From an uncultured Legionella sp. (GTDB lineage Bacteria > Pseudomonadota > Gammaproteobacteria > Legionellales > Legionellaceae): a stretch of DNA of 43,046 nt. Below the pieces are notes generated by a model, which was not told the origin of the DNA, did not search any database, and was given only the letters and a program-made list of their open reading frames with translations. Shown here in pieces: positions 20,587 to 31,328 of this stretch. The stretch is from positions 1-43,046 of the forward strand of contig CAZTYT010000001.1 of NCBI GenBank assembly GCA_964618245.1, in the 5' to 3' direction. The translations under genes and the position numbers were made by a program. The stretch's first letter is position 1. Each line of letters starts with the position of its first letter.

Positions 20587-23500
20587 GTGAATAAGATATT
20601 TAAAAAAATTTGGATGGCAATTGCTATCCTGATTATTCTTATGGCTGTTGTCTCTAGCGTTTTTCGCTCCTTAACTCCGTGGGCAAAGCAATATAAAGGT
20701 GATATCGAGCGCCGTTTATCTGTTTTACTAGGTCAGCAAGTTACTATTCAAACGATGGAAACAGGTTGGTACTGGTTTCAACCTGTTCTCAAATTAAACC
20801 AGGTCAGTCTGGGGAGCGACTCCAAAAAAATATTTCATCTCAATCAACTGCAAGTAGGAATTAATTTATTTAAATCCTTATGGAGTTGGGAAATAAAACC
20901 TGGGGTTCTTTATATTGACGATATGCATTTAACTTTAAGGGAATATAATAAGCATTGGACTATTAATGGGATTAGCACCGATGCCTTTAGTAGTGAGGAT
21001 GCTTCCCCTGAAAAGTCAAAGCAAATTTTGATCTGGCTATCACAGCAAGAGAGACTGATTATCAAACGAGTTTCTGCGCATTTTTATTTTAGTGATGGGG
21101 GATTAATTCCTGTCGATGGATTGAACATCTCTATATTAAATAACAGCGGTCATTATAAAATAAAAGGAAATGCTCGATTAGAGCAAACCAATACCACTGA
21201 TTTTAAACTACTTGGCGATGGGTATTTTGATGTGGAGAATGTTGAAAATATTGAAGGTAAATTTTATTTTTCAGCGAAAAATGTAGTACCTGCACAGTGG
21301 CAAAGTTTATTTCCCAAGGCAACGGAGCATTTAGAGGGCGGAAAGGGAAATGTAGAGTTGTGGTTGGATGTTCATAAAGGAATTGTTTCTTCTGTACAGG
21401 CTCAAATAAAACTGGATCATTTAGCTTGGCGTTTGCTTAATAATCAGAATAGCCAATTAGTACAATCTTTTTTTGCTAACTTATCTTGGAAACCTGATGA
21501 ACAAGGTTGGCAATTAACAGCTGATCATATTCAGTTACGTGTAGGGGGTGTAAGCTGGCCTGAAAATCAGGTATTAATAAAATATAATAAAGAGCAACAA
21601 AGTTATCAGTTTTTTGTTAAAACACTTATTCTTGAATCGCTTTTATCGGATGCTATTAACTGGCCAAAAAGCATGCGCAGTATATTAAAAATGAAACCTC
21701 AGGGGGTTTTACAGGATACGCAAGTTTTAATAAAAATAATCCAGTTTAAAATTCCACCCGCCCCGGTATTTTCTGATAATGCCTTAAAAGACAAAGTGCC
21801 GAAAAAAACAAGCAGTTGGTTTATTGAGCAAGGAGAAATTGCTTATATTTTGACTCGTTTTGAACAGCTGGGATGGGATGAAAATCAGAAGATGATGATT
21901 CCAGAAGTAAAAAACCTTTCTGGAGTGTTGAATTGGCAGCCAGAAGAAGGTCGAGTCGAACTTGACTCAGAAAATACTAAAATAGCTTTGAAGAATTATC
22001 CTGTTCAAAATATAACATTACTTAATGGTGCCTGGGATTGGAAAGAATTAAATGACGGGCTACGCATTAGCATGGACAGATTTGTATTAAGTAATCCTGA
22101 CTTAACTTTAAGTGCTCAAGGAGTTATCGATCAAGTCACAGAAGAATCTATGGGTAATATTCGACTGGGTGCAGAGTTTTCGGGCAAAGAAATACAGCAG
22201 TGGATGGTTTTTCTGCCGCAGAAAAAATTAAAGCCTAAATTATATACATGGTTAACAAAAGACTTGAAACGTATTGCCAACATGAGTGGGAAAGTAACAC
22301 TTAATGGTTCAGCTAAAGATTTTCCATTTGATAACCAAAATGGGGAATTTACTATTATTAGTCATGCTAGTGGAGGAGAGCTTTATATTAATTCCAAGTG
22401 GCCAAAGATAAAAGACATTCAAGGCACCTTGCGTCTTAAAAATCGTGATTTTAGTGTCGATATTTTGAATGCCGATTTTCAAGGGGTACCTGCTAAACAG
22501 CTAACATTAAGTATTAATGACATCGGAAAAAATAAAGAAAATCTTGTGCTTAATGGCACTATGGATGCCTCATTACAGAAAATGCTTAACTATGTATTAG
22601 GCTCACCTTTAAAGAAAAAATTGGCTCTTTTAAAACAACTATCTGCTAAAGGTACCGCTTTATTAAATCTTTATGTGGAAGTTCCTCTTTATCCGGAAAA
22701 TGATACCGTATTGGCTAAAGGGGATCTTACTTTTAATAAAAATAGTATCCTGGTCAATCATAATTTTGTGAAATTCAATACGGAAAATGTTACTGGTAAA
22801 TTATTTTTTACGGAAGAGGGAGTTAGTGATAGCACCTTGGAAGCTTCGGTCTTGGGACATCCACTAAACATTAAAGTTAAATCAGTTAAAACGCCTATCT
22901 CAGCTACTACTATTGCAGTGGATGGGCATTGGACTATTGATTCCATTAAAACCCAGTTTAATGCGCCAATACTTGATTTACTGAGTGGTTCTTTCCCATT
23001 CAATTTAATTTTAAAATTAGCAGACAAGCCTAATAATCCGGATACGTTAAGTTTTAAATCCAATTTAGAGGGTTTAAATATCAATTTGCCTGCACCTTTA
23101 GGAAAAACACATAAAGATAAGATGCCTTTGGAAATTAATTTGAATTTGAACCCGGACGAGACCATTCAAATGCTTGCTAATTACGATAATCGTTTAAGCA
23201 GTGATTTATTATTTAAAGCAGTTAATGGGGCCTTGGATTTTGATTCTGGTGAACTGCGTCTGGGAGATGATAAGGCCGCAAATCAAAAACAACCAGGTCT
23301 TATGGTTGTTGGTTCGTTGAAGGGGTTTGATCTAACGGAATGGGAAGAGGTATATAAACAATTTTCTACTGAGTCAGGGCAAAGCCTTTTAATAAATAAG
23401 TTGAGGGCTGTTAATATCACTTTGGATAAGTTCAGTTTTCTGAAGCAGGAATTTAATTCATTAGTTCTGAAAGCACGTTTATTACCTAATAAAAATTGGT

Positions 23501-24543
23501 TATTAAACTTAAGTCAAAAAAATATTGGCGCAAGTGTATTATACCGTCCTGCTTCTAATGAATTAAGTGGTCAAATTAGCCATTTACATTTAGATAAAAT
23601 AGACACAACTCAAATAAATACTTCCACTGATTCAGAAGCAAAGCCACGTCCGGATCAAATTCCTAACCTGAATTTACAAATTAAAAATTTCTCTGTGGGG
23701 AAAATACAAGTCGGTGATATTAATTTAAAAAGCAGATCGACCGCAGAGAGCTGGTCTTTAAATTATTGTCAGGTAAGTTCTCCTGTTTATCAATTGAATA
23801 TAGATGGCCAATGGGTGCAACACAAAGGCGTTGATAGAACAGCAATGCATATGAAACTTAATATTTCTAATTTGGCAAAGAGCCTGGAGCGTTGGGGAAT
23901 TACTCCTGCTGTTGATGCCAAAAAAGGTTATTTGGAGTTTAAGGGAGGCTGGAATAATAATTTATATAATTTTTCCCTTGCTTCATTAAATGGTGCAATG
24001 TATTTGCAGCTTAAAAATGGAATAATTACTCATTTAAGTCAAGAAACAGAAGAAAAGCTTGATTTGGGTAAGTTGTTGAGTATTTTGAGCTTACAAACAA
24101 TTCCAAGACGTTTGCAACTTGATTTTAGTGATTTATCTCAGCAAGGCTACAGTTTTGATATATTTGAAGGGAATTTTAATATTAATAGAGGCTCAATGAC
24201 TACCCAAGACAGTTATATAGACGGCCCTGTGGCTTATGCAAGCATGAAGGGAGATCTTGATTTAGTCAAAAAAGTATATGACCTTAATTTAAAGATTTCA
24301 CCGCATATTACTGCAAGCTTACCTATTGTTGCTACAATAGCTGGTGGCCCTGTTGCGGGGGTTGCTGCTTGGGTTGCTACAAAAATTATTAATCAGGGAA
24401 TGCAAAAGATTTCTGCCTATACTTATAAAATATCTGGCCCCTGGAATCAACCCGTGGTTCAGCAACTAAGTATTGTAAAAAAGAAAAATGAAGCGATGTT
24501 AGAAGGTAAAGGAGCAATGGGTGCTCCAATTAATTTAGATTAA
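20587..24543 (+). CDS. yhdP: YhdP-family (AsmA-like) intermembrane phospholipid transport protein
   Basis: N-terminal transmembrane anchor, ~1300-aa beta-rich body, C-terminal RRLQLDFSDL...G.SFD and Y.ISGPW.QP.V motifs. Confidence 0.88.
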   Translation: MNKIFKKIWMAIAILIILMAVVSSVFRSLTPWAKQYKGDIERRLSVLLGQQVTIQTMETGWYWFQPVLKLNQVSLGSDSKKIFHLNQLQVGINLFKSLWSWEIKPGVLYIDDMHLTLREYNKHWTINGISTDAFSSEDASPEKSKQILIWLSQQERLIIKRVSAHFYFSDGGLIPVDGLNISILNNSGHYKIKGNARLEQTNTTDFKLLGDGYFDVENVENIEGKFYFSAKNVVPAQWQSLFPKATEHLEGGKGNVELWLDVHKGIVSSVQAQIKLDHLAWRLLNNQNSQLVQSFFANLSWKPDEQGWQLTADHIQLRVGGVSWPENQVLIKYNKEQQSYQFFVKTLILESLLSDAINWPKSMRSILKMKPQGVLQDTQVLIKIIQFKIPPAPVFSDNALKDKVPKKTSSWFIEQGEIAYILTRFEQLGWDENQKMMIPEVKNLSGVLNWQPEEGRVELDSENTKIALKNYPVQNITLLNGAWDWKELNDGLRISMDRFVLSNPDLTLSAQGVIDQVTEESMGNIRLGAEFSGKEIQQWMVFLPQKKLKPKLYTWLTKDLKRIANMSGKVTLNGSAKDFPFDNQNGEFTIISHASGGELYINSKWPKIKDIQGTLRLKNRDFSVDILNADFQGVPAKQLTLSINDIGKNKENLVLNGTMDASLQKMLNYVLGSPLKKKLALLKQLSAKGTALLNLYVEVPLYPENDTVLAKGDLTFNKNSILVNHNFVKFNTENVTGKLFFTEEGVSDSTLEASVLGHPLNIKVKSVKTPISATTIAVDGHWTIDSIKTQFNAPILDLLSGSFPFNLILKLADKPNNPDTLSFKSNLEGLNINLPAPLGKTHKDKMPLEINLNLNPDETIQMLANYDNRLSSDLLFKAVNGALDFDSGELRLGDDKAANQKQPGLMVVGSLKGFDLTEWEEVYKQFSTESGQSLLINKLRAVNITLDKFSFLKQEFNSLVLKARLLPNKNWLLNLSQKNIGASVLYRPASNELSGQISHLHLDKIDTTQINTSTDSEAKPRPDQIPNLNLQIKNFSVGKIQVGDINLKSRSTAESWSLNYCQVSSPVYQLNIDGQWVQHKGVDRTAMHMKLNISNLAKSLERWGITPAVDAKKGYLEFKGGWNNNLYNFSLASLNGAMYLQLKNGIITHLSQETEEKLDLGKLLSILSLQTIPRRLQLDFSDLSQQGYSFDIFEGNFNINRGSMTTQDSYIDGPVAYASMKGDLDLVKKVYDLNLKISPHITASLPIVATIAGGPVAGVAAWVATKIINQGMQKISAYTYKISGPWNQPVVQQLSIVKKKNEAMLEGKGAMGAPINLD

Positions 24544-24666
24544 TTTTTAAGGGCTATGAGTTATACATGCAGATTATCTTGACTCAACAATCTTGATTAG
24601 ATATCAAATAAATTGTTCGACTATGGCTCAACCTATATTAAAGTAAAAAAATTAATGAAGGGCTAA

Positions 24667-25209
24667 ATGATAAATCTTGTTTTTGATCGATATTGGGATA
24701 TTTGTTTATTAAAAGAAAGCCCTGAGAACACTCCTTATTCTATTATTCGCACCTTTTTAAGTGGCATTATACTGGCACTTATTATGGTGACAGAGTGGAA
24801 TTTTTCCTCCATTACTGCTTCCAATGATCTTGGGGCAAATTTACTTATTGCGGTCTGTCTGATTTTATCCTGTGTAGTATATACCTATATCATTTTATTT
24901 TTAAAAGGCTTTATTTCTCGTTTAATTCAGACTGTAACAGCATTATTTTATACGAATATGATTATTCATATATTAGTTGCTCCTTTATTACTTATTGCTC
25001 CCTATTTATCCCAAAGTCATTTGAAGAACCCTTTTTTATTACTTATCGGGGTTATTTATTTATTTTTAAGTATTGGTTTATCAGTGTGGCAATTTGTTAT
25101 TACAGCTCATATTTACAAATATGCACTGAGTACTACAGCTATTCAATCTGTATTGGCGGCTTTTGGTTTAATTGCTGTTAATATATTAACTGTTTCATTA
25201 TTACAATGA
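24667..25209 (+). CDS. Conserved hypothetical inner-membrane protein (about 5 TM)
   Basis: Hydrophobic ORF with PENTPYS, RLIQT and AHIYKYAL; 7 nt upstream of mpl. Confidence 0.8.
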   Translation: MINLVFDRYWDICLLKESPENTPYSIIRTFLSGIILALIMVTEWNFSSITASNDLGANLLIAVCLILSCVVYTYIILFLKGFISRLIQTVTALFYTNMIIHILVAPLLLIAPYLSQSHLKNPFLLLIGVIYLFLSIGLSVWQFVITAHIYKYALSTTAIQSVLAAFGLIAVNILTVSLLQ

Positions 25210-25216
25210 GAGAATT

Positions 25217-26587
25217 ATGCACTTACATATTTTAGGGATAGGCGGAACATTTATGAGCGCTTTAGCGCTGCTTGCGCGTGATTTGGGTCATACAGTAACT
25301 GGAAGCGATGCTAATTGTTATCCCCCTGTGAGTGACTTGCTTGCAGCAAAAGGCATTTCTTGGGTAGAGGGTTATGACGATGCAAGTATTGCACTAAAAG
25401 CTGATATAGTGATTATTGGAAATGCGATTAAGCGAGGTATGCCAGTTCTTGAAGCAGTTATGGAGTCTGGGAAAAACTATACATCAGGTCCACAATGGCT
25501 GGCAGAAAATATTTTATCCAGGTATCAAGTCATAGCAGTGTCTGGAACTCATGGAAAAACAACTACTACTTCCATGATTGCCTGGATTTTAGACCAGGCA
25601 GGCTTTGAGCCTGGTTTTTTAATTGGTGGTGTTTCCTCTGATTTTAATACGAGCTCACGCCTAGGTAATGGTCAATGGTTTGTGATTGAAGCCGATGAAT
25701 ATGATAGTGCTTTTTTTGATAAACGTCCTAAATTTATGCATTACCGCCCCAGAATCGCCATCTTAAATAACCTCGAATTTGATCATGCAGATATTTATGC
25801 AGATTTGGGGGCTATCCAATTACAATTCCATTACTTACTTAGAACGATTCCAGCTAATGGCATTGCTATTAAACCCCGCGATGATAAAGCGCTTAATGAA
25901 GTCTTGGCCCGTGGCCAATATTCACGGATTGAAAGTCTTGCTTTATCTGGAGACGCAGCATGGGTTGCTCAATTGATCGAAGACAATGGATCAATTTTCA
26001 ATGTCTTACATCACGGAAGGGAAGTGGCAACTGTTAGTTGGCCATTAATTGGTCGTTTTAATGTGGAGAATGGATTAGCTGCTATTGCAGCTTGTGTAAA
26101 TGCTGGTGTAGCACCACAGGTAGCGGCCAGTGCTTTAGAGCGTTTTACTCCAGTAAAACGCCGTCTGGAGGTAAAGTCTACTCAACATGGAGTCACTGTT
26201 TATGATGACTTTGCACATCATCCGACTGCTATTGCCCGAACCATCGATGCATTAAAACGAAGTAAAAGACATCAACGCATTTTTGCTGTTTTAGAGTTTG
26301 CTTCATATACTATGCGTACTGGAGTTCATGCTGCTGAAATGGCTCATGCATTAGCGCCGGTGAGTGGAGCTTATGTTTTGAAACCCCATGATTTTGATCT
26401 TGGTGAGACTATCGGAAATTGGACATGTCCTTATAAAGTTTGTGCCAATACCGAGGAAATTGTTCGTGAGATTGCTAATCTGGTCCGTGAAGGAGATGCG
26501 GTATTAGTCATGAGCAATAGAGGATTTAACGGAATCCATCAGCAGTTAATTCAGGCAATTGATAAAAGATATACTAGCATTAGTTAA
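25217..26587 (+). CDS. mpl: Murein peptide ligase Mpl
   Basis: MHLHILGIGGTFM, SGTHGKTTT, EADEYDSAFFDKR, NNLEFDHADI, DDFAHHPTAI. Confidence 0.97.
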   Translation: MHLHILGIGGTFMSALALLARDLGHTVTGSDANCYPPVSDLLAAKGISWVEGYDDASIALKADIVIIGNAIKRGMPVLEAVMESGKNYTSGPQWLAENILSRYQVIAVSGTHGKTTTTSMIAWILDQAGFEPGFLIGGVSSDFNTSSRLGNGQWFVIEADEYDSAFFDKRPKFMHYRPRIAILNNLEFDHADIYADLGAIQLQFHYLLRTIPANGIAIKPRDDKALNEVLARGQYSRIESLALSGDAAWVAQLIEDNGSIFNVLHHGREVATVSWPLIGRFNVENGLAAIAACVNAGVAPQVAASALERFTPVKRRLEVKSTQHGVTVYDDFAHHPTAIARTIDALKRSKRHQRIFAVLEFASYTMRTGVHAAEMAHALAPVSGAYVLKPHDFDLGETIGNWTCPYKVCANTEEIVREIANLVREGDAVLVMSNRGFNGIHQQLIQAIDKRYTSIS

Positions 26588-26597
26588 GCCACCGACT

Positions 26598-26675
26598 GTA
26601 GTTATAAAACGCGTGAAGTAACTCAGGGTGAGTAAAACATCACTTGGCTACTTTACGGCGTTTATAACAATCTAC
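26598..26675 (+). repeat. Long imperfect hairpin downstream of mpl
   Basis: GTTATAAAACGCGTGAAGTA...GGTGA pairs with TCACTT...TACTTTACGGCGTTTATAAC, flanked by GTAG and CTAC. Confidence 0.55.
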
Positions 26676-26722
26676 CCTTCATCTTCCCCCTAGTTATAAT
26701 ATTTACAGCCTATAATAAATAG

Positions 26723-26751
26723 TTGCAATATCACAAAGAGGTTGTTATAAA
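26723..26751 (+). promoter_or_regulatory. Putative sigma70 promoter for the effector-like pair
   Basis: TTGCAA-N17-TATAAA with TG at the extended -10 position. Confidence 0.55.
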
Positions 26752-26822
26752 AAAAGATGTTTTTTCGAAAGAAACGGAAGACACGTTGCTGTTTGCGGGT
26801 CAATACTTGAGAGGGCTAAGTA

Positions 26823-27411
26823 ATGACAAACTTTGACAAGCTTCAGCAAAAAGCGAAAGACATAATCAAGCAGTTTAAAAAAAAATATGATAAACAAGTT
26901 GGCTGTCTAACTTTTTTTTTCATCAATTATGCTTGTCAATGCTGAAGTACAAACAGATATAGAAATAATAGCAACTCTTGCTTATTGCTTGGATGCTCAA
27001 TATGATAACGATCTAAAAAGTTTTTATCCTTCAATAAAGGATCTGGATGTATTTAAAGAACAGGTTCTTATCGGTATCTATTTAGTAAAGTGGTTTAAAT
27101 ATAACACCTTGGTCAATAGCTATATTTATAAGTCTTTAATCGATTTATTTCGCGAGCATCTTGAAATATCAGCTCTGGATTACATGAATGAAACCTACTT
27201 TAGCTTATGTCTGCAATCTTTGAGTAAGTATTGTTCTTATATTTATTTTAATGAATATAAAGGTTTTAATGCCCAGCTTAAAAAAATAATTGATAAAAGC
27301 ATCCAATTAGATATTGATAAGACAAGAAAGATGTCGTTTACTCACTCTACTACCAAATTCCCCAGTAGTACTATTGAACATGATTTAATTTATTCCTCAG
27401 GCATTATTTAG
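26823..27411 (+). pseudogene. Effector-like helical protein (~195 aa) interrupted by a one-base frameshift in a T9 tract (26912-26920)
   Basis: ATG 26823 has an RBS (GAGGG) and opens a 40-codon ORF ending at 26945. Deleting one T joins it in frame to ORF 26929-27411. Could be a sequencing error rather than a true pseudogene. Confidence 0.7.
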
Positions 27412-27433
27412 GGATGGCGCGATAGGAGGTTAT

Positions 27434-28609
27434 ATGGCTATTACGATATACAACTATGATAAATTAATAACGGCAATTAAGAATCTTAAAGATAACTATT
27501 CTATTCATAAGGGTAGATACTATATTGCTGATGCACAACCTTCTGAGTATTTAGATATTTTAATCAAGAGAGTAAATACTCATGTGCTGTTGTCGAAGAC
27601 AGCAAGAACCTCTGAAATTAATTTATTTTCTCAATTAATTAAAGAACTTATTCCCTATAAAGATAAGGGTGAGGATGCTAAAAATAATGTCACCTTCCTT
27701 TTATTGGGCACTTTAATTTATCGTAAATTACGTTTAGAAAGTACGTATGCTTGGTATAGCTTTACGGCTAATGTAAAAAATTGTAAATTGCACCAGGGAA
27801 TAGATGATGCATTGGATTTAGGTGAAAAGAAAAAATTAGATAATCTTACTATCGTGACTGCCTTGGAAATTTTTCGTGATAATATGTTGCGCGTAAATGA
27901 AAAGGATCAGCAACCTAGATTCATGACTTATGAGCTTTTTGCAAAAGATCCTGTGAAATTTAAATCTTTTTTAACGGAGATGATTAATAAATATAAAATA
28001 GACAAAGAGACTAAACTCCTAATTAATGAATTCAAGGCCATTGATTTTTTGCAGTCTTTAGCAAGCGAGTTAGATAATGAAAAACAGGTTGTCCAAAAAA
28101 TATTGGACGAATGGTTTGTCACATTGGAAAAACAATATAAAGAATTTACCCAGTTGGACGCTCAACTAATGTTTGAAGATTTTCAAAACAGGTATTTATC
28201 TTCTGATGGTTCTAATTCTGATAGCATTAAAAAAATAAACCAAAAAATTGTTGGTTTTATAGGACTCTTACCTGATGACCTCAAGGGTATTGCGGGGTTC
28301 AAAGCGTGTAAGAGCTTTTTGGCTAGTTGTTTTGAAAATGACTATCGCTGTATTATAGCTGGAGCTTACTTTATTTTAGCTAAACAAGCAGAGCTCCGCG
28401 AAGATTTCTTAGACATCATAAAATCAGACAAGACTTTAGATCTGGGGATCCTGGATTCGGATGAGCAAAAAAGCTGTATCACCTTATTAGATGAGTTTAT
28501 TAAATTAAACGACAAAGTAGATTGTACCTTCTTTCACGGCCGTAAAATATTATTAACTGAGTTATCTAATTTTACTCCAGAATTAGCAACGAATGCATTT
28601 GTAAATTAA
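27434..28609 (+). CDS. Hypothetical helical protein, probable Dot/Icm substrate
   Basis: Strong RBS AGGAGG. Sits between mpl and clpB, where I recall L. pneumophila carrying two translocated hypotheticals (lpg1751/lpg1752); orthology not verified. Confidence 0.75.
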   Translation: MAITIYNYDKLITAIKNLKDNYSIHKGRYYIADAQPSEYLDILIKRVNTHVLLSKTARTSEINLFSQLIKELIPYKDKGEDAKNNVTFLLLGTLIYRKLRLESTYAWYSFTANVKNCKLHQGIDDALDLGEKKKLDNLTIVTALEIFRDNMLRVNEKDQQPRFMTYELFAKDPVKFKSFLTEMINKYKIDKETKLLINEFKAIDFLQSLASELDNEKQVVQKILDEWFVTLEKQYKEFTQLDAQLMFEDFQNRYLSSDGSNSDSIKKINQKIVGFIGLLPDDLKGIAGFKACKSFLASCFENDYRCIIAGAYFILAKQAELREDFLDIIKSDKTLDLGILDSDEQKSCITLLDEFIKLNDKVDCTFFHGRKILLTELSNFTPELATNAFVN

Positions 28610-28616
28610 TACATAA

Positions 28617-28652
28617 TACCTTCCCTCTTTCATTTTCGTCAGAGGAAAGGTA
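28617..28652 (-). terminator. Hairpin after clpB, possibly bidirectional
   Basis: TACCTTCCCTCT-N12-AGAGGAAAGGTA. The single mismatch is a G-U pair on the minus strand. Confidence 0.55.
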
Positions 28653-28666
28653 AGAAGCTAATTCAA

Positions 28667-31246
28667 TTAATGTACAGTAAATTGCATTAACCCATCTTTA
28701 TAACCTACCTTTATTGTCTCACCTGACTTGAATTTACCTGCAAGGATAGATTGGGCCAATGGGTTTTCCAATTGTTGTTGGATGGTGCGTTTTAAAGGTC
28801 TTGCTCCATAAACTGGATCAAATCCTGCCTCAGCTAAATGCATAACAGCTTCTTTGGTAACCTCAAGATGAATCTCTTGCTGTTGCATACGTTGACGCAA
28901 ATGCTCAATTTGAATTTCTGCAATTTTAGCAATTTGCTCTTTAGCTAAAGAGTGGAAGACAACAGTCTCATCAATTCGGTTAATAAATTCAGGTCTGAAA
29001 TGCTGCCCAACTAACTCCATGACCGCATTTTTTACTTGTTCATAACTAAATTTATTTCCCATTTCCTGAATGAGGTGTGAACCCAGGTTAGAAGTCATTA
29101 CGATAATGGCATTGCGAAAATCAACAGTTCTTCCTTGTCCATCTGTCAAACGACCATCATCCAGAACCTGAAGAAGAATATTAAATACATCGGTATGTGC
29201 TTTTTCTACTTCATCCAGAAGGATAACGGAATAGGGTCTGCGTCTAATAGCCTCTGTTAAATAGCCACCTTCCTCATATCCTACATAGCCTGGAGGGGCG
29301 CCAATGAGTCGGGCCACAGAATGTTTTTCCATAAACTCAGACATATCAATTCTAATCATCGCCTCTTCAGTATCAAAAAGGTAAGCTGCTAAGGCTTTAC
29401 AAAGTTCTGTTTTACCAACACCAGTTGGCCCCAGGAATAAAAAAGAGCCAATGGGACGGTTAGGATCAGCAAGGCCTGCTCGTGAGCGACGAATGGCATT
29501 GGATACCGCATCAATGGCTTCATTCTGGCCAATGAGGCGTTGATGTAAAACGTCTTCCATTTTTAATAGTTTTTCTTTTTCACCTTCCATCATTTTAGCA
29601 ACTGGAATACCAGTCCATTTAGAAACTACTTCAGCAATTTCATCTTCGGTAACTTTATTACGAACCAGTTTGGTTTCTTGTTCTTCGCCACTGGCTACTT
29701 GAGCCAAGCGTTTTTCCAACTCAGGAATCCTACCATATTGTAATTCAGACATGCGGCTGAGATCGCCTGCACGACGAGCGGTTTCCATTTCTTGCTTGGC
29801 TTTTTCTAATGACTCTTTGATTTGGGTAGCGCCTTGCATGGTTGCTTTTTCTGCCTTCCATATTTCTTCCAAATCCGAATAATTTTGTTCTAACTCACCA
29901 ATGGTATGTTGTAAATCATCTAAGCGTTTCTTAGATGCCTCATCATGTTCTTTTTTTAGGGCTTCTCGTTCAATCTTCAATTGAATCAGGCGCCGTTCCA
30001 GTTTATCCATACTCTCAGGCTTGGAATCAATTTCCATGCGAATAAGACTGCCCGCTTCATCAATTAGATCAATGGCCTTATCTGGCAATTGGCGATCGGT
30101 AATATAGCGATGCGATAAAGTGGCTGCAGAAACTAATGCTGGATCAGTAATTTCTACTCCATGATGGACTTCATAGCGCTCTTTTAATCCACGAAGAATA
30201 GCAATCGTATCTTCTGTGTTAGGTTCATCTACTAAAACCTTTTGAAAACGACGCTCTAGAGCAGCATCTTTTTCAATGTATTGTCGATATTCATCCAGCG
30301 TTGTTGCACCAATACAATGTAACTCGCCTCGTGCTAAAGCAGGTTTTAGCATATTTCCTGCATCCATTGCACCTTCAGCTTTACCAGCACCTACCATTGT
30401 ATGTATTTCATCAATAAACAGAATAATTTGGCCTTCTTGTTTGGACAAATCATTTAAAACTGCTTTTAACCGCTCTTCGAATTCGCCCCGAAATTTTGCT
30501 CCGGCAATTAGCGCTCCCATATCCAAAGAAAGCAAGCGTTTGTTTTTAAGTCCTTCAGGTACTTCACCATTAATGATTCTTTGTGCCAAGCCTTCTACAA
30601 TGGCTGTTTTACCAACCCCTGGTTCACCAATGAGGACAGGGTTATTTTTGGTACGTCGTTGCAATACCTGGATAGTTCTTCTAATTTCATCATCACGACC
30701 AATCACGGGATCAAGTTTTCCTTGTTCTGCCCGCTCGGTTAAATCCAAGGTATATTTTTCGAGTGCTTGTCGTTGCTCTTCCGCGTTAGGATCAGTAACT
30801 GCTTCACCCCCTCTTATTTCATCAACAGCATTTTCAATTGCTTTAGGATCGCCACCAGCTTGCTTGAGAATGCGCGCCAGAGAATTACTCTCTTCATTAA
30901 TTGCTGCCAGAACAAAGAGTTCGCTGGAGATAAAATTATCCTTTTTTTGTTGAGCTAATTTATCCGTTAAATTAAGCAAGCGATTGAGGGAGTTAGAAAT
31001 ATGTACATCACCGCCTACGCCAGATACTTTAGGCAATTTGTCCAAGGCCTGATCCAATAAGGTACGTAGTAAAGGAATGTTGACACCTGCTTTACTTAAT
31101 AATGGTCGACAACTTCCTCCTTGCTGATCCATAAGTGACTTCATTAAATGTTCTGGTTCGATAAAATTATTGTCTCTTCCTAACGCCAAAGATTGTGCAT
31201 CAGCTAAAGCCATTTGGAACTTTGATGTTAATTTATCCATTCTCAT
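28667..31246 (-). CDS. clpB: ATP-dependent chaperone ClpB
   Basis: Two AAA+ modules ([16 protein letters not shown]), middle coiled-coil domain, [13 protein letters not shown]. Confidence 0.99.
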   Translation of the reverse strand: MRMDKLTSKFQMALADAQSLALGRDNNFIEPEHLMKSLMDQQGGSCRPLLSKAGVNIPLLRTLLDQALDKLPKVSGVGGDVHISNSLNRLLNLTDKLAQQKKDNFISSELFVLAAINEESNSLARILKQAGGDPKAIENAVDEIRGGEAVTDPNAEEQRQALEKYTLDLTERAEQGKLDPVIGRDDEIRRTIQVLQRRTKNNPVLIGEPGVGKTAIVEGLAQRIINGEVPEGLKNKRLLSLDMGALIAGAKFRGEFEERLKAVLNDLSKQEGQIILFIDEIHTMVGAGKAEGAMDAGNMLKPALARGELHCIGATTLDEYRQYIEKDAALERRFQKVLVDEPNTEDTIAILRGLKERYEVHHGVEITDPALVSAATLSHRYITDRQLPDKAIDLIDEAGSLIRMEIDSKPESMDKLERRLIQLKIEREALKKEHDEASKKRLDDLQHTIGELEQNYSDLEEIWKAEKATMQGATQIKESLEKAKQEMETARRAGDLSRMSELQYGRIPELEKRLAQVASGEEQETKLVRNKVTEDEIAEVVSKWTGIPVAKMMEGEKEKLLKMEDVLHQRLIGQNEAIDAVSNAIRRSRAGLADPNRPIGSFLFLGPTGVGKTELCKALAAYLFDTEEAMIRIDMSEFMEKHSVARLIGAPPGYVGYEEGGYLTEAIRRRPYSVILLDEVEKAHTDVFNILLQVLDDGRLTDGQGRTVDFRNAIIVMTSNLGSHLIQEMGNKFSYEQVKNAVMELVGQHFRPEFINRIDETVVFHSLAKEQIAKIAEIQIEHLRQRMQQQEIHLEVTKEAVMHLAEAGFDPVYGARPLKRTIQQQLENPLAQSILAGKFKSGETIKVGYKDGLMQFTVH

Positions 31247-31292
31247 AGTGATTACCTTATTTATGGGTATTAATTCTTTCTTATCTACCGTA

Positions 31293-31320
31293 AAATTGGG
31301 TTAAATTAATTATTTTCAAG
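31293..31320 (-). promoter_or_regulatory. Sigma32 (RpoH) heat-shock promoter of clpB
   Basis: Minus strand CTTGAAA-N13-CCCAATTT, matching the CTTGAA...CCCCATnT consensus, about 46 nt upstream of the clpB ATG. Confidence 0.75.
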
Positions 31321-31328
31321 TGACTATT

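Noticed and set aside
30276-30953. 225-aa plus-strand ORF
   Set aside because: Antisense in-register shadow of clpB. The same applies to the short ORFs inside thiolase, trxB, rarA, fliF, fliI, yhdP, trmJ and gatB.
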